Made by a program: the position numbers and the translations under genes. Shown here one piece after another: positions 26,410 through 38,421 of a stretch of 64,000 nucleotides of DNA. Every line of letters begins with the position of its first letter. Within the stretch, counting starts at the first letter, position 1. The stretch is taken from the NCBI GenBank assembly GCA_964270895.1, contig OZ185440.1. The stretch is one strand, 5' to 3'. Origin of the DNA: Podarcis filfolensis (taxonomy: Eukaryota). The notes beneath the pieces are model-generated. The model saw only the letters and a program-made list of their open reading frames with translations, ran no database searches and was not told the origin of the DNA.

Positions 26410-28140
26410 TAACCAAATGCTGTGTAGGGGCCATGCAAAAAGGGCAGTGTGGCGATGGGGACTGGCCTAGGTTTTCTCCGCAGTTTCTGGACTATGGAAA
26501 CCTAAGGAGCTATGGAGACTTTGTCTCCCTGCCAGCATGAATAAATGATCAAACCAAGTGATTTGTGTGCCTGCCCTGGCTGATGGAGAGACAGGATGGC
26601 AATTCCATGACTGGGGACCAAGCCAGTGCAAGCAGCTTTGTAGGTCAGCTGAACTGCTTCCTGCAATGCCATCCCCTGGTGGTGCTGCAGAGTAGTAATG
26701 AGCAGGCGAGAGCTGCTTCTTCCAACAAAGTGTCATAGTGTGCAAAGTGCTTGTATTCTGCTGCTGGAGATTCTTTACTATGCATGCAATAGTAAAGTTT
26801 ATGGACCTATCTGTACCTATCTGAATCTATTGCTGGAGTTTCTGTTTGAGACTTCTGGTGGCTTACAGTGCTGACACCTACAGGATATTGGGGAAGCTGC
26901 AAATACCTGATGTATCCTGGATTAAGTGAAGCATATTATACCCTTGAACTGAGAATGCAGAAAAAGTGATTCTAAAAATCAGGTGTACAATATATGCTTT
27001 GAGCAGTCCCTGAACTAACATCACAGTAAGGGTGTAGCCTGCACAGCCCTCACTGATCTTACAGCTCCATTGTCTCTGACAGCCATGCTGATGGACTTGG
27101 GACCATTGTATGTTTTCCTCCCTGCATCCATCAATGTGGCTCTTGTGGGGATCTCTGGAGCAGTTTCCCCATCTTGGGCATGGGGAACCTCCAGTCTTTG
27201 AGCCGAATTAGAACCAGCAGGGATCCACATTTGGCCCATGAGGGCTTTTCCTCCAAACTATGCTCACCTGACATCAGATGTGGGGCAGGTAAGGATGTGG
27301 CTGTGAAGGAACAGTCATGAATTTGAAGTCTGCTCTTGATTGTTCCTTTGCAAATGGAGCTAGCTGACAGCATAGATCAGTGTTGACAGTGAACCCCACT
27401 GGGATCAAGTGCGCTAGGAAGTTCCTGGTGCTGGAGCCAAGGGGACTCGCTGTCAGCACTGATCAGTGCTGAAAGGGAGCCTGTTGGAGCACATGCTTTC
27501 AGCACCAGCCAGTTAATTGGCACCTAAAGTGCCCCTCCAAAGGGGCTTGCTGCAGTTCCCACTTTGAATCCAAACCATGCCAGCAAAGGGGCAAAGTAGA
27601 GAACCCGTTTGAAGGCATGCTGCCAGCCTAAGTCAGCTGACTTTGAATTTGTCACCTTGCAGCATACAGAAATCAGATGACTGACAGGTGAGTGGACTGA
27701 CCCACCTGTTAAAGTAGCCCGTGGAGTATATGGCAGGGGGTAGGTCAGGATCTGGTCCGCTAGCCAGGAGTTTCTCCACCCCTGCCCTAGATGGTGCACC
27801 ACATTTGGCTCCGCAAGCTCTCTCTTTCCTGATGTCTCTTCTGCTTGCTTTACCACTAAGCAAATGAATCTGCACTTCTTTATTTCTGCCTCACCGCCCC
27901 CGAAAAGGAAAGTTGCCTTCAGTAGTTAAGCTGCCAAATGGCATTAGGCTATCCTCAGAGTTTATAACCTTGGAAAGGAAAACACACTCATTTTTGTCTC
28001 ACAGATGTTAGGACTTCAGCAAAGGTGTGAGGCAAAGGAAGCAGGAAGAGCTTTGCTTAGATTTCAGCGGTGTTTTCCTTTTTGCTCAGCCTTCCTAGAT
28101 CTTTTAATGGAGTTTATCTTGGGGTGTGAGATCTGGGTGA

Positions 28141-28383
<243 letters not shown>

Positions 28384-29177
28384 TGAAGTGGGGCTGTAAC
28401 CGCCTGCTTTTAACGCTATACTGTCCCCACTCCTCAGAGACCATGCACTAAGCTTTCCTTGCCAAGAGAAGGCAAGGCACATACAACTCTTGGTTCATAA
28501 GCTTCTGCAGGTGTCTGTGCTCAGTGCATGGTTTTTAGGAATCAAGGCTAGCAAGTTGTCTGGGGCAGTGCTTGGAGGCATAGCCCCTCTGTATCCTCCA
28601 TGTGCTTGCCCTACATATGGATGAGCATCTGCATAGGACGAGCATTTTGAGGCCAGTGAATGGTTAAGAATGGGGGCATGGTCTGAGGTGCTACTCCCCC
28701 CTTCTGCATTCTGATTCGCATGCAAAACCTCTATATGGTTGGATGGCACAGCCTCTCCTCCTCCTCCTAGGCTGTTGCCTTTTCTTCCCTCTCCCATCTT
28801 AGTCCATGATGTTGCTCCCTTCATCTCTTTCTCTTTCTGACCTGGATTGCACCCGGCTGAGGGAGGGAAGAATGAGTCGAGTTCCTTGAACAGTCTCCCT
28901 GACCTGCGGTCACTTGCAAACTCAGAGCCAGTGTTTGGCTGCCCTCCTTTGTACACCCCAAGCCTGTGAGCCGTTTTAGAATGTGGAATTGGGTCAGAAT
29001 TTGGGGGAAATAAAGGAGCTACTCCAAAGAAAGAGACCATTGAAGCAGCTTTGTGCAGCATCAAATTCCTTTTACCATTGTTTGTAGGTACGTGTTTCTT
29101 TCAAATAATAGCAGGTGTGTTAATCCCTTGCTTTTTCTTCCTCATTATCCCTCCCACTTCCTTTCTCAACAATGTAG

Positions 29178-29257
29178 AGGATTATGAACAGCTTGTGGAG
29201 GATATTGTACGGGATGGCAGGCTATATGCTTCTGAAAACCATCAGGAAATACTGAAG
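29178..29257 (+). CDS. SCUBE3: SCUBE3 exon 21
   Basis: tgtag|AGGAT...GAAG|gtgagg; 80 nt; [27 protein letters not shown]. Confidence 0.96.
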
Positions 29258-29504
29258 GTGAGGCTGCTTTTCGTGTTATTGGGGTGATAGAGCATGTACT
29301 TAGCATGCATATGATTCCAAATTCATGCCCAGGCATCTCCTCTTGAAAAAGGATCCCAGGCAGGACTAGGAACGATTATGTGACTTGTCCTTGGAGAGCT
29401 CCTTGCAGAGGGTGGGGAAACATTGAATTGATGACATAAAGGGCCAACTACACATTATGTTACATGTGCACTTTAAAGGCCATAGGTCCCTCAAAAGCCA
29501 TCTA

Positions 29505-29749
29505 CAGTCATACCTTGGTTTTTGAACAGTTCTCGAATGTTTTGGCTCCCGTATGCTGCAAACCCGGACGTGACTGTTCCGGTTTGCAAACTATTTTTGG
29601 AAGCCGAACGTCTAACAGGGCTCCCGTGGCTTCTGATTGGCTGCAGGAGCTTCCTGCAGCCAATCAGAAGCCGCACTTTGGTTTCCAAACATTTTGGAAG
29701 TCAAACGGACTTCCGGAATGGATTACGTTTGACTTCCAAGGTACAACTG
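29505..29749. mobile_element. 245-bp Tigger-like MITE with internal CCAAT palindrome (SCUBE3 last intron)
   Basis: TA+CAGTCATACCTTGG left end, CCAAGGTACAACTG right end; internal 21-bp inverted repeat; related copy near 62698-62940. Confidence 0.75.
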
Positions 29750-29786
29750 GATTCTAATCCCTATAGTGGGAGAGAACAATGATTGA

Positions 29787-30047
<261 letters not shown>

Positions 30048-32761
30048 CCTTGTGACACTTTTCACCAGCCTTCCAGGCTCCTCGACAGCCAAGAAAACTT
30101 TTTCTTACACTTAATTCTTATTTTTCAATGACTTTTTCCTACGAATACAAACCCCATTTTCTCACTATGCAGATGACTCTAACCATTGGTCTTCCCTTGG
30201 CTTTTTCTCCAAACCAAATTCACTGATGACATTGCCCTTGGAAGAAGCAGCTGGCAACCATCCCCTGAGCTTTCCATACTGGAGCCTCAGCCCATGGAGT
30301 TCACATATCCCAGTAAGTGATACACTCTTCACAAGTGGCCTCTACTGGGACCTGTAACTCCAGGGCCGTTTCCGCCTTCTCCCATATATGCAAATTATGT
30401 ACGGCCCCTTCTGCTGCAAGGCAGCTGCCAAAGAGGCTGTTTGTACATCTCTCTGCACATGATTGTCTGCTTCTAGATAGAAACACCCCTGCTACCATAT
30501 CATGCTCCACTCCTGGGACACAGAAGAAACGGGGAGACATTGAGCAGCTTCTAAGCAGCGGAACCGGTCCAGCTGAACTCTTTCGTAAAGAATTGGGGGC
30601 AAAGGACACCCAGAATGTGGAAGGTTATGCCTTATTTATCAGACTGTTGGGGGAGTTTTTAAAAGAGAAAAATAAACCAAGCACAGTCTTGCAGAGAGGA
30701 TCAGATAAAATAAAGCGCAAGTTGTGGGGAGGAAGATCATGTAAAAGAAAAAGACGTATCACAGAAGTGTGAAAGTAAATCGCCCATGTTCATGATGGCA
30801 AGTTTGGTGACTTAAGAGCATTGTTTCGTGACGGAGTCTTGACTTTTTGCTTTCAGAGAAAACATTGGCCTAGCCACAATCTCACATGGAATGATGTCTG
30901 GAAAAAGGGGAAGAAAACATGGTAAAAAGTGAGACTTTCCAATGTGATTTCTCCCCCATGGAGACTGGTGCTGAGAGATCGGACTTCTTATAAGCTCTGC
31001 CAAAGAGTAACTCAATGACAAAAAAAAAAGCAAGCAGTGTGAAGGGCAGGAGTGAGTGAATGCTTGTGCACTAGGACGTTCTCCTTTCTACCTTTTTCAT
31101 ATTATTAAGTGCAATCATTTTTGAGTTGTCTTTATATTATTTAGAGGGAAGTTTTTTTTTCTCCTAGAAACTACAATATTTATACCTGCCTGAGAAAAGA
31201 GAATGTGTGTGTGTTTGTGTGCGTGTGCGTGCATGTGTTAAAATGAAACAGAAATGAATACAGACAAGGATTTGGGGAAATGGTGACTAAATGTGACGTA
31301 AGTTTTCAGCTCTTGGAATCTTTTGTTTTTCCTCACCACAGTAAATTCCAATGTAAATCCTGAAGATCAAGCTCCTTGATTATCCTGTAACCAATGAAAG
31401 GGACACAGGACTTGCGCAGAATATTTCTAGTGACTTGGAAATTACCTTTTGGCCACAAGCAGCTCTTGAGAGAAAATTCAATTCAATATCAAGAATGCAT
31501 ATTAGGGATCTCATATTGGAATGCATCCCTGTGTTAAAGTCTTCTAGCATTTCCAAAGTGTCATCTAACCTCCACTCTTTCTGACAAGTTAGCTTTGCAC
31601 GGGCAGGGAGGTTTTCATATATTTGAACCTGAGGTTCCCCATTTAGATATTGAGGTGGTATAGTTCATTTTTGGAATGTTTCAGTAGGCTCTTATTTCTC
31701 AAGAGGCGCTGGGGCTCGTTTCCTGGGAATCTGCATCGTCCACCTGAAGGCTCTTTTCCCTAAACTCAGAGCTGTAGCCATGAATTCTCAGTGAGAAGGG
31801 GATGCTCTCTGCCCCTGCTCAGAGGTACTCCCTTTTTCAAAGCCTGAGTTCAGCACTGAACTCAGGTTTTGAGATGAGCTGTAGTGAGCCCTAACTTGAA
31901 AACTGAAGTATGCCATTGTCAGTTTAATTCTTCCCTATGTAAGGTCACTTGTCAGTCACTGATCCATAATCCAGTGCAAATACTAGTGATGAAATCCCAA
32001 CTTCTATGGGTGAAATTGTTGCCTTCTCTGAGCCATGACCTGAAACTAACAATTGGAAATGTGTCTTAAAAAGCTGCAAGGCTGCACTTGGATCAGATCA
32101 TCTCTGTTTCCTGTAGTGGTATTGAAGCTTTTCTGCCTGAGTGTTAATAGTTTGCTTTTCTTCTCTTTTGGATCCAGAATCGGAATTTGCCCCATTAAAT
32201 TTACTCTAATCATCTCAGCATTGCCTCTGATGTGAACATTTTTGCAGTACTTCAGCAGGACATATGGCATCATAGTAACACCTAAGAATTCATATCTGGC
32301 TCTGATGTCATCATATTCAGCAATTTCTTACGGCATATAAGCATTTGTTTATCTGGGGAGGGGAGGGGGAGATGCTCAAGTCCAATTGCTTACTGTAGGC
32401 AAAAGTACAGGGCCAGCTCTGAAGGAAAAACTTGTATTGAATTTGGCTTAGAAATTCTACCTGATTTCCTTCTAGCTAGATCCCTTGTTTTTCCATTCTA
32501 TCCTTAATGAAATGTAGAAAATCTAAAGGTTTGAAAAGCTGAAAATTCCATCTCAACATAGGAAATATAACAATTTAAAACAACAAAGCTGAAATATTTA
32601 TAATTGCATTGTGCAGTAATCCACAGTCCAGTATCTCCTATAAAGTAATGATTAAATGATGAAAAAGGTGTAGTCCATAAAGTTATTTGCACTTGATAAA
32701 AGAAATTGTATCTGAACTTGTAAAAAGAAAAGTTTGCATTTCATATTGTCTTTTTTTAATT

Positions 32762-32767
32762 ATTAAA
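32762..32767 (+). terminator. SCUBE3: Candidate distal polyadenylation signal of SCUBE3 (3' UTR about 2.7 kb)
   Basis: ATTAAA at the end of an AU-rich stretch largely free of repeats, followed by GU-rich TTGGTGTTGTGTTG; TE-dense sequence starts just downstream. Confidence 0.5.
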
Positions 32768-32922
32768 TGGAATTTCTTGGTGTTGTGTTGATCTTTCAGA
32801 AGTGCCTTCCACTGCTCTTATTTGTAAATTCCAAATTCATAGCACTGCTACTGCTTAGAATTGTGTTCTGTTCCTTTCTCTCTCTTTCATTCCCCTCTGG
32901 AAACTGACTGATTTTGGCACAA

Positions 32923-33148
32923 CAGTGGTACCTCAGGTTACATACGCTTCAGGTTACAGACTCAGCTAACCCAGAAATAGTGCTTCAGGTTAAGAACTTT
33001 GCTTCAAGATGAGAACAGAAATTGTGCTCCAGCGGCGCGGCAGCAGCAGGAGGCCCCATTAGCTAAAGTGGTGCTTCAGGTTAAGAACAGTTTCAGGTTA
33101 AGAACAGACCTCCGGAACGAATTAAGTACTTAACCTGAGGTACCACTG
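32923..33148. mobile_element. 226-bp Tigger-like MITE, copy 1
   Basis: TIR CAGTGGTACCTCAGGTTA; right TA flank; near-identical to 45112-45337. Confidence 0.88.
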
Positions 33149-33281
33149 TATAAGGCTTTAAGATACCAAGAGTTCTTTGAGCTTCAAAACCTCAAAAAAA
33201 ATAAAATTGAGTATTTTGGTATGGCCCATAATTATGCCAGATGAAGTAAAATAAAGCTTAATTGGTATTTTTGCAACCTTA

Positions 33282-33365
33282 AAAAGGTAAAGGACTCCTG
33301 ACAGTTGAGTCCAGTCGCGAACAACTCTGGGGTTGTGGAGCTCATCTCACTTTACTGGCCAAGGG
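33282..33365 (-). mobile_element. Short Sauria-type SINE 3' fragment
   Basis: 7-bp TSD AACCTTA; AAAGGTAAAGG tail. Confidence 0.75.
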
Positions 33366-33975
33366 AACCTTAGTTTGCTTTAAAACTTGGGCTCATAGCA
33401 GAGAGGACCATACCCAGAATGGATCCTGTTAGGATAGGTTCTTAGAATTACTGATGCTTGCACATCGTTGTTGCTGTCCTTGCATGTAGTGCTGATCCTG
33501 CTAGTATATTTTGATTAGTGGCAGGCAGTCCACAGACACAGCTGATCTCTGGCTTTTTGATGGGCAGCATATATACACACCAATCATCCACAAAAGCACT
33601 ATTACAATCTTTGGAGAAATGAAACATTTGCCAGTATTTTTAGCAACTCATGGTCCCTATCAAAAGAATACTTTCACTCCTGCGAAGCATAATCCACCAG
33701 CAATTATTTCCATTGTGCAGTCCTTTCACAACTCTCCTTCAGGGTAAAACTAGATGTTGTGGAGAAGGGGTTCTTAAACTTTCCATTCCCAATGTTCACC
33801 TGAAACAGCTGAAAATTACTGAGGCTCGCTTGCCACAAAATGGTGTAGGGGCAGAGCCAGTCAAAAATTGGAGGCAGTGTCTGGCAAGTCAGCTGGAAAT
33901 TACAGACATCGCTTTCTTCTTCTTTGTCAGGTCAAAGGAGTTACATAGCTAAGATGACCTCAGGAGGCTCTAGCT

Positions 33976-34112
33976 CAGGCTTCCTCAAATTCAGCCCTCC
34001 GGATGTTTTTGAGACTACAATTCCCATCATCCCTGACCACTGGTCCTGCTAGATAGGGATCATGGGAGTTGTAGGACAAAAACATCTGGAGGGCTGAGTT
34101 TGAGGAAGTCTG
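33976..34112. mobile_element. 137-bp palindromic hAT MITE (ACTACAATTCCCA family)
   Basis: Perfect 8-bp TSD CTCTAGCT; CAGGCTTCCTCAAA termini; long imperfect inverted arms. Confidence 0.88.
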
Positions 34113-34632
34113 CTCTAGCTGAAGAAGCCTTTTTCTTTTGTATTTTTCCCTTCCCACCCCCACGTGCCTCTCAAAAGAATTTTTGCCCATCTTAATTTCT
34201 TCTCCCATTTTCCAACCTGTGTCTTGCACTGGCACAAGGAGGTCAAGGGAGCTGTAGCCCTATCCCGCAATGTTCCACAGCAGCTGGCGTTTAGAGGAAT
34301 CCCGCCAGTGATCCTGGATGTACCATATAGCCATCATGACTAGTAGCCATCAAGAAAAAAATAAAACAATGGGGAAACAATGGGGCTGTGTGTGGAAGAG
34401 AAATATGGTTTTTCTAATGCTTGACACGTGGTTCATTTAAAGGGCTGGAGAAGAGCTCCACCACTTTAATCAGAGCTGTCTCCAGGATTTGGGGGGTGGG
34501 GGCTCTTGGTTCTGGTACCCTCAACAGAGCACTCCCTAACTTGAAAAGGTGGAACATGCTGAGAATTCTTTTAAGCTGTGCCTGATCTTTCTGAATACTC
34601 TGTGTGCAGTGAAATGGTAGCACTGTTAAGAC

Positions 34633-34883
34633 CATGGGTAGGCAAACTTAAGGCCCAGGGGCCAGATGTGGCCCAATCGCCTTCTAAATCTGGCCCGCGG
34701 ATGGTCCTGGAATCAGCATTTTTACATGAGTAGAATGTGTCCTTTTATTTTAAATGCATCTCTGGGTTATTTGTGGGGGCACAGGAATTCGTTCATTTTT
34801 TTCCTTCAAAATATAGTCCGGCCCCCCACAAGGTCTGAGGGATGATGGACCGGCCCCCGGCTGAAAAAGTTTGCTGACCCCTG
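34633..34883. mobile_element. 251-bp non-autonomous hAT (Charlie/OC1-like) element
   Basis: Perfect 8-bp TSD GTTAAGAC; termini CATGGGTAGGCAAACT / AGTTTGCTGACCCCTG; repeated GGCCC subterminal motifs. Confidence 0.85.
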
Positions 34884-35449
34884 GTTAAGACACTACAAGT
34901 GGTTTGTAGTGAGGTTTACAGTGAGGAAAGGGCTTCTTTCAGTAGAATAAATGAGTCCTAAAAGGTACACAAAACAGTACATGCATGGAAAGGGAGAGGA
35001 GTAGAGCCACTTGTCACCAGTGGCACTTATCTCCCATGGCACTTAGAACTGTAGTTCGAAAGGACCCCAAAGGGTAATCTAGTCCAACCCCCTGCAATGC
35101 AGGAATCTCAACTAAAGCTTGACTGATTATAGTCCACCATACAGCTCTCTCAAAAAATAAATGTCATTTGGGAAGGAAAATCGAATTTTTCCAACAAAAA
35201 TACTTTGTGGCTTGAAGAAGATTTCTTTGCAACACAATCACTACCTTAAACTAAGCCTAGGGCTGAGCGCTGAGGTGGTCAAGCTTCCTGTCCGCACCAA
35301 ATAATTCAGGGTGGTAAAAACAAGAAAGGAATTATGAGCCGCTCCAGCGGCATCTTCACCAAATCAGGTGAATGGGCATTAAAATGTGAAATGGCAAATG
35401 CCTCTTCAATAATTTCTCCTTTAATACCACTTCCCACCATATGATGTGA

Positions 35450-36320
35450 ACTAATTGAAAATAAAATCACAAGAGCAAATTTCTGGTGTGATGTCCGCTG
35501 TGCGATTCTTGCCGTTTGCGCTCTACCAAGACACAGGAACTCGATCTGTGGTTTTCGCCACGTGGCCAGCAGAGGGAGCTGTTCACCCATGACTTCGCTT
35601 CCTTTCGAGGCATACAGTACTTTTTTTTGGTCGCACCTGCAAAGGTGGATATATAAATAGAAGGAAGGGCAGATGCTTCGCCGGGATATCTGCGCATGCC
35701 GAAGAATCCGGGGCATGCGCACTAGCAAGCACCGTGGGGGCTTTGCTTTCCTTATCCGGGATTTGGAAGCGACCTTGGCGGGGCCCCGGAACCTGGATAA
35801 TAAAAACGACGAGCAGGTTGGGGAAGCGGGATAAAGCTTCGTCATACAGGTTGCAGGGCAGGTGGCTGCGGGCGAGGCCTGGTGCATGGCGGTCAGGCGG
35901 TGGACTCGGCCCTCCACAGGTCGGTGCCGGCAGGGAGGCGGGGATGAGATGGGGAGATGCTCCTGTGGGGGGTGGATTTCCATCTCCTCCGCCGAGACGC
36001 TGCACCCTGGGAGAGAAAGAGGGGGCGCCCTCGGGTCCCCTCCACCAGCAGAGCCCCCATTGCCCCCTCCTACGTCCCAGAGCCCTCCTTTTTTGCACGA
36101 CTTACCCCTCAGATTCCTGCCCAAGAGGTAGGAGCTCTGTTTTCTTTTTTCCCCTTCCCGGACGCCTTGCAACAGCTGCTTGGCAGGCAGAAATTCGAGT
36201 GGAGATCTCCCCGGCTGTGTGGGGAAGCTGTACCTGTTGGGTTTCTGCCTGCCTAAATCAGAGGAGCTCTTTCTCCATGGAGGGGACTATAGATGGCGTT
36301 CGGGACCCCTTTCCAACTCT
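35450..36320 (+). promoter_or_regulatory. ZNF76: CpG-island promoter / non-coding first exon region of ZNF76
   Basis: Local CpG and GC enrichment; E-box CCACGTGG 35558-35565; CTCF-like TGGCCAGCAGAGGGAGCTG 35563-35581; TATA-like ATATAAATAG near 35650; inverted NRF1-like pair 35691-35700 / 35712-35721. Exon 1 boundaries cannot be fixed from sequence. Confidence 0.75.
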
Positions 36321-37662
36321 ACCATTCTGTGGGGAAAGGTGGCTGGCTCCCTTTTCTGGGAGGGCTCTTGCGTGCAAGCAGAGATGAAGTGACCTGATCA
36401 TCTCCCATCAAGCGTGCTGCGTGCTGGTAAAATGTAGGGCCAGCAAAAGAAAAGAGAAAAGTGACCACAGATGTTTTTCTGTAGAATATCTCCCAGCTCC
36501 TTTCCCGATTGGTAAAATCTCTCCCAGTTCAGCATCCCTCACCTACATGGAGCCCCAGTTATATCTCCTCAATCCAAATGCTAACACTTCATCCGTGATT
36601 TAGGTTTGGTTGCTGAACCCTCATCTGTAACCCTCGGTCTGTTAATGTGCAATACCATTTGTACCACAAGACCCCTGCTAGTAAAATTTTAGAGAATACA
36701 TTGGTCAACAGAATTCACCAAATCAGTTCTGTCATTTCCCTCTTTCCTAAAGCTTTTCACAAAAAAGTAAAGCTTCCTTTCAAGTTCTGTTGATCTTATT
36801 CTATGTTTAAGCAAAGAATATGGAATGATGCCCTTCAGGAGGCTACTTAGCAAATGCCAGTTATTTTCCTGGCAACAGGAAAGGGGAAAGGAACACAAAT
36901 GTATAGAAAGCACACAAAAAAGTTTCTGTAGCTCCATGGCAGATCATGCGGAATATCCCAGGTTCAATCAATATATGGCATCACCATATAGGCCTGGGGA
37001 AGACCTTAGCCCCTGAAACCCATGGAGATCCACTGCCAGTCAATTTAGAAATCCAGAGCGAGATGGTCAGACTCTTTAAAGCAGCTTTTTGTGTCCCAAA
37101 TTATGGAACAGTAACAGAAAGGAGACTACCTTCAATGCTAGCCCGAGTTTCTTCCAGTTGTATGATGAAGGTTTCACCACAGGAGGTGTGGGGGTAGTTG
37201 AAATGGCTTAATTGACCAGATTCATTTTGCAGACTGCCAGTTCATCACTCCAGACTGAAGTTGGTGCTATACAGTTATTGTCTTTCATGGGTCTAAGGGT
37301 GTAGTTGTGCCAGTTTATGGACCAAGAGATTTTGACAAGTCAGTAAAGCTGCAGTCTCATGTTTACAACATTGGCCAGCCCGATATCTTTGGGGAAAACC
37401 ACAAGTAGGACATGAAGCCAACAGTACTCCCCTGTTATTTGACCCGTATCAGAGGTAGGCTGTCTCTGAACATGGAGAATTGTCATGACGAAGAGCCTTT
37501 GGTAGACTTACATTCTAATCCTGTCCAAAGAATTCTACTCGGATTACTTTTTATATAAATGTGAAGAAATTTATATATAACTTGCTGTTTATGTTATAGT
37601 TCTAACATGGAGAACCATCTTATATGTGCAATACATGTCTAAGGAGCCACCACCAGAGCACA

Positions 37663-37735
37663 ATGGAGAGCTTTGGCTTACAGGCAACGACCCTTTCTGA
37701 TGGAACAACAGCCTATGTTCAGCAAAATGCTAATG
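37663..37735 (+). CDS. ZNF76: ZNF76 first coding exon
   Basis: acaATGG start in strong context; MESFGLQATTLSDGTTAYVQQNAN; G|gtgagt donor; 73 nt; resembles human MESLGLHTVTLSDGTTAYVQQ. Confidence 0.9.
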
Positions 37736-38421
37736 GTGAGTAACTTTGGTGCTGTAGTGGTTGCCTTCTTGTGGCTGGTGAGATTGGGACTGATCCAACC
37801 ATATGATTAATGTTCAAAGCACTACACATGCAAGAAGATCTTTGGACATATACACTAGGTTAAAATATTTTATTGGACAAAATTATAGTGGACAAATTGT
37901 TCATGTTTTTTAATTTAAATAAATTAAAGATAAAAACAGAGTAGAGTTTAATGTGGTTTTAATGGTGAGCTTTTAGAAAGAAGAATGTGATCTGTGAGTC
38001 CTGATTGACCGCGGTATGTGTTTGAATAACCAATATGGTACAGATGCAACTAATATGGTACAGAAGCAATGTGACATCTAACTGCCGCACTGAATTGGAT
38101 GGATATATGCTACAGAAGCAAGAGTGGAGTAAAAATGTTCAATTTTAAGGATGTCTCAGCTGGAATGTGGTTTCTGACTAAGTGATTATAAAGTGTTTCC
38201 CAAGGAATCTCTATTTAACCAAATGAGGGAAAGAAGAACTCTCATTTCTTTTTTAAATGATGTGCATAATTGATTGCAAAAGGCTATTGGCAGAAGAGTT
38301 CTGATTTTGATTTTTTTAAAGTAATGTTTGGGTTTCTCTATATTTACTGACATGCCAATTCTTGTACCCAAATATCTTATAATGTAGGTATATATTGGCT
38401 ATGGTTACAGTTTTATATATA

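Noticed and set aside
27453-27472. 20-bp perfect palindrome TCAGCACTGATCAGTGCTGA
   Set aside because: Short, isolated, and probably part of a decayed element; no supporting context.
35306-36387. 288-aa minus-strand and 217-aa plus-strand ORFs
   Set aside because: They coincide with the ZNF76 CpG island, are Pro/Arg/Gly-rich with no recognisable domain, and are typical CpG-island artefacts.
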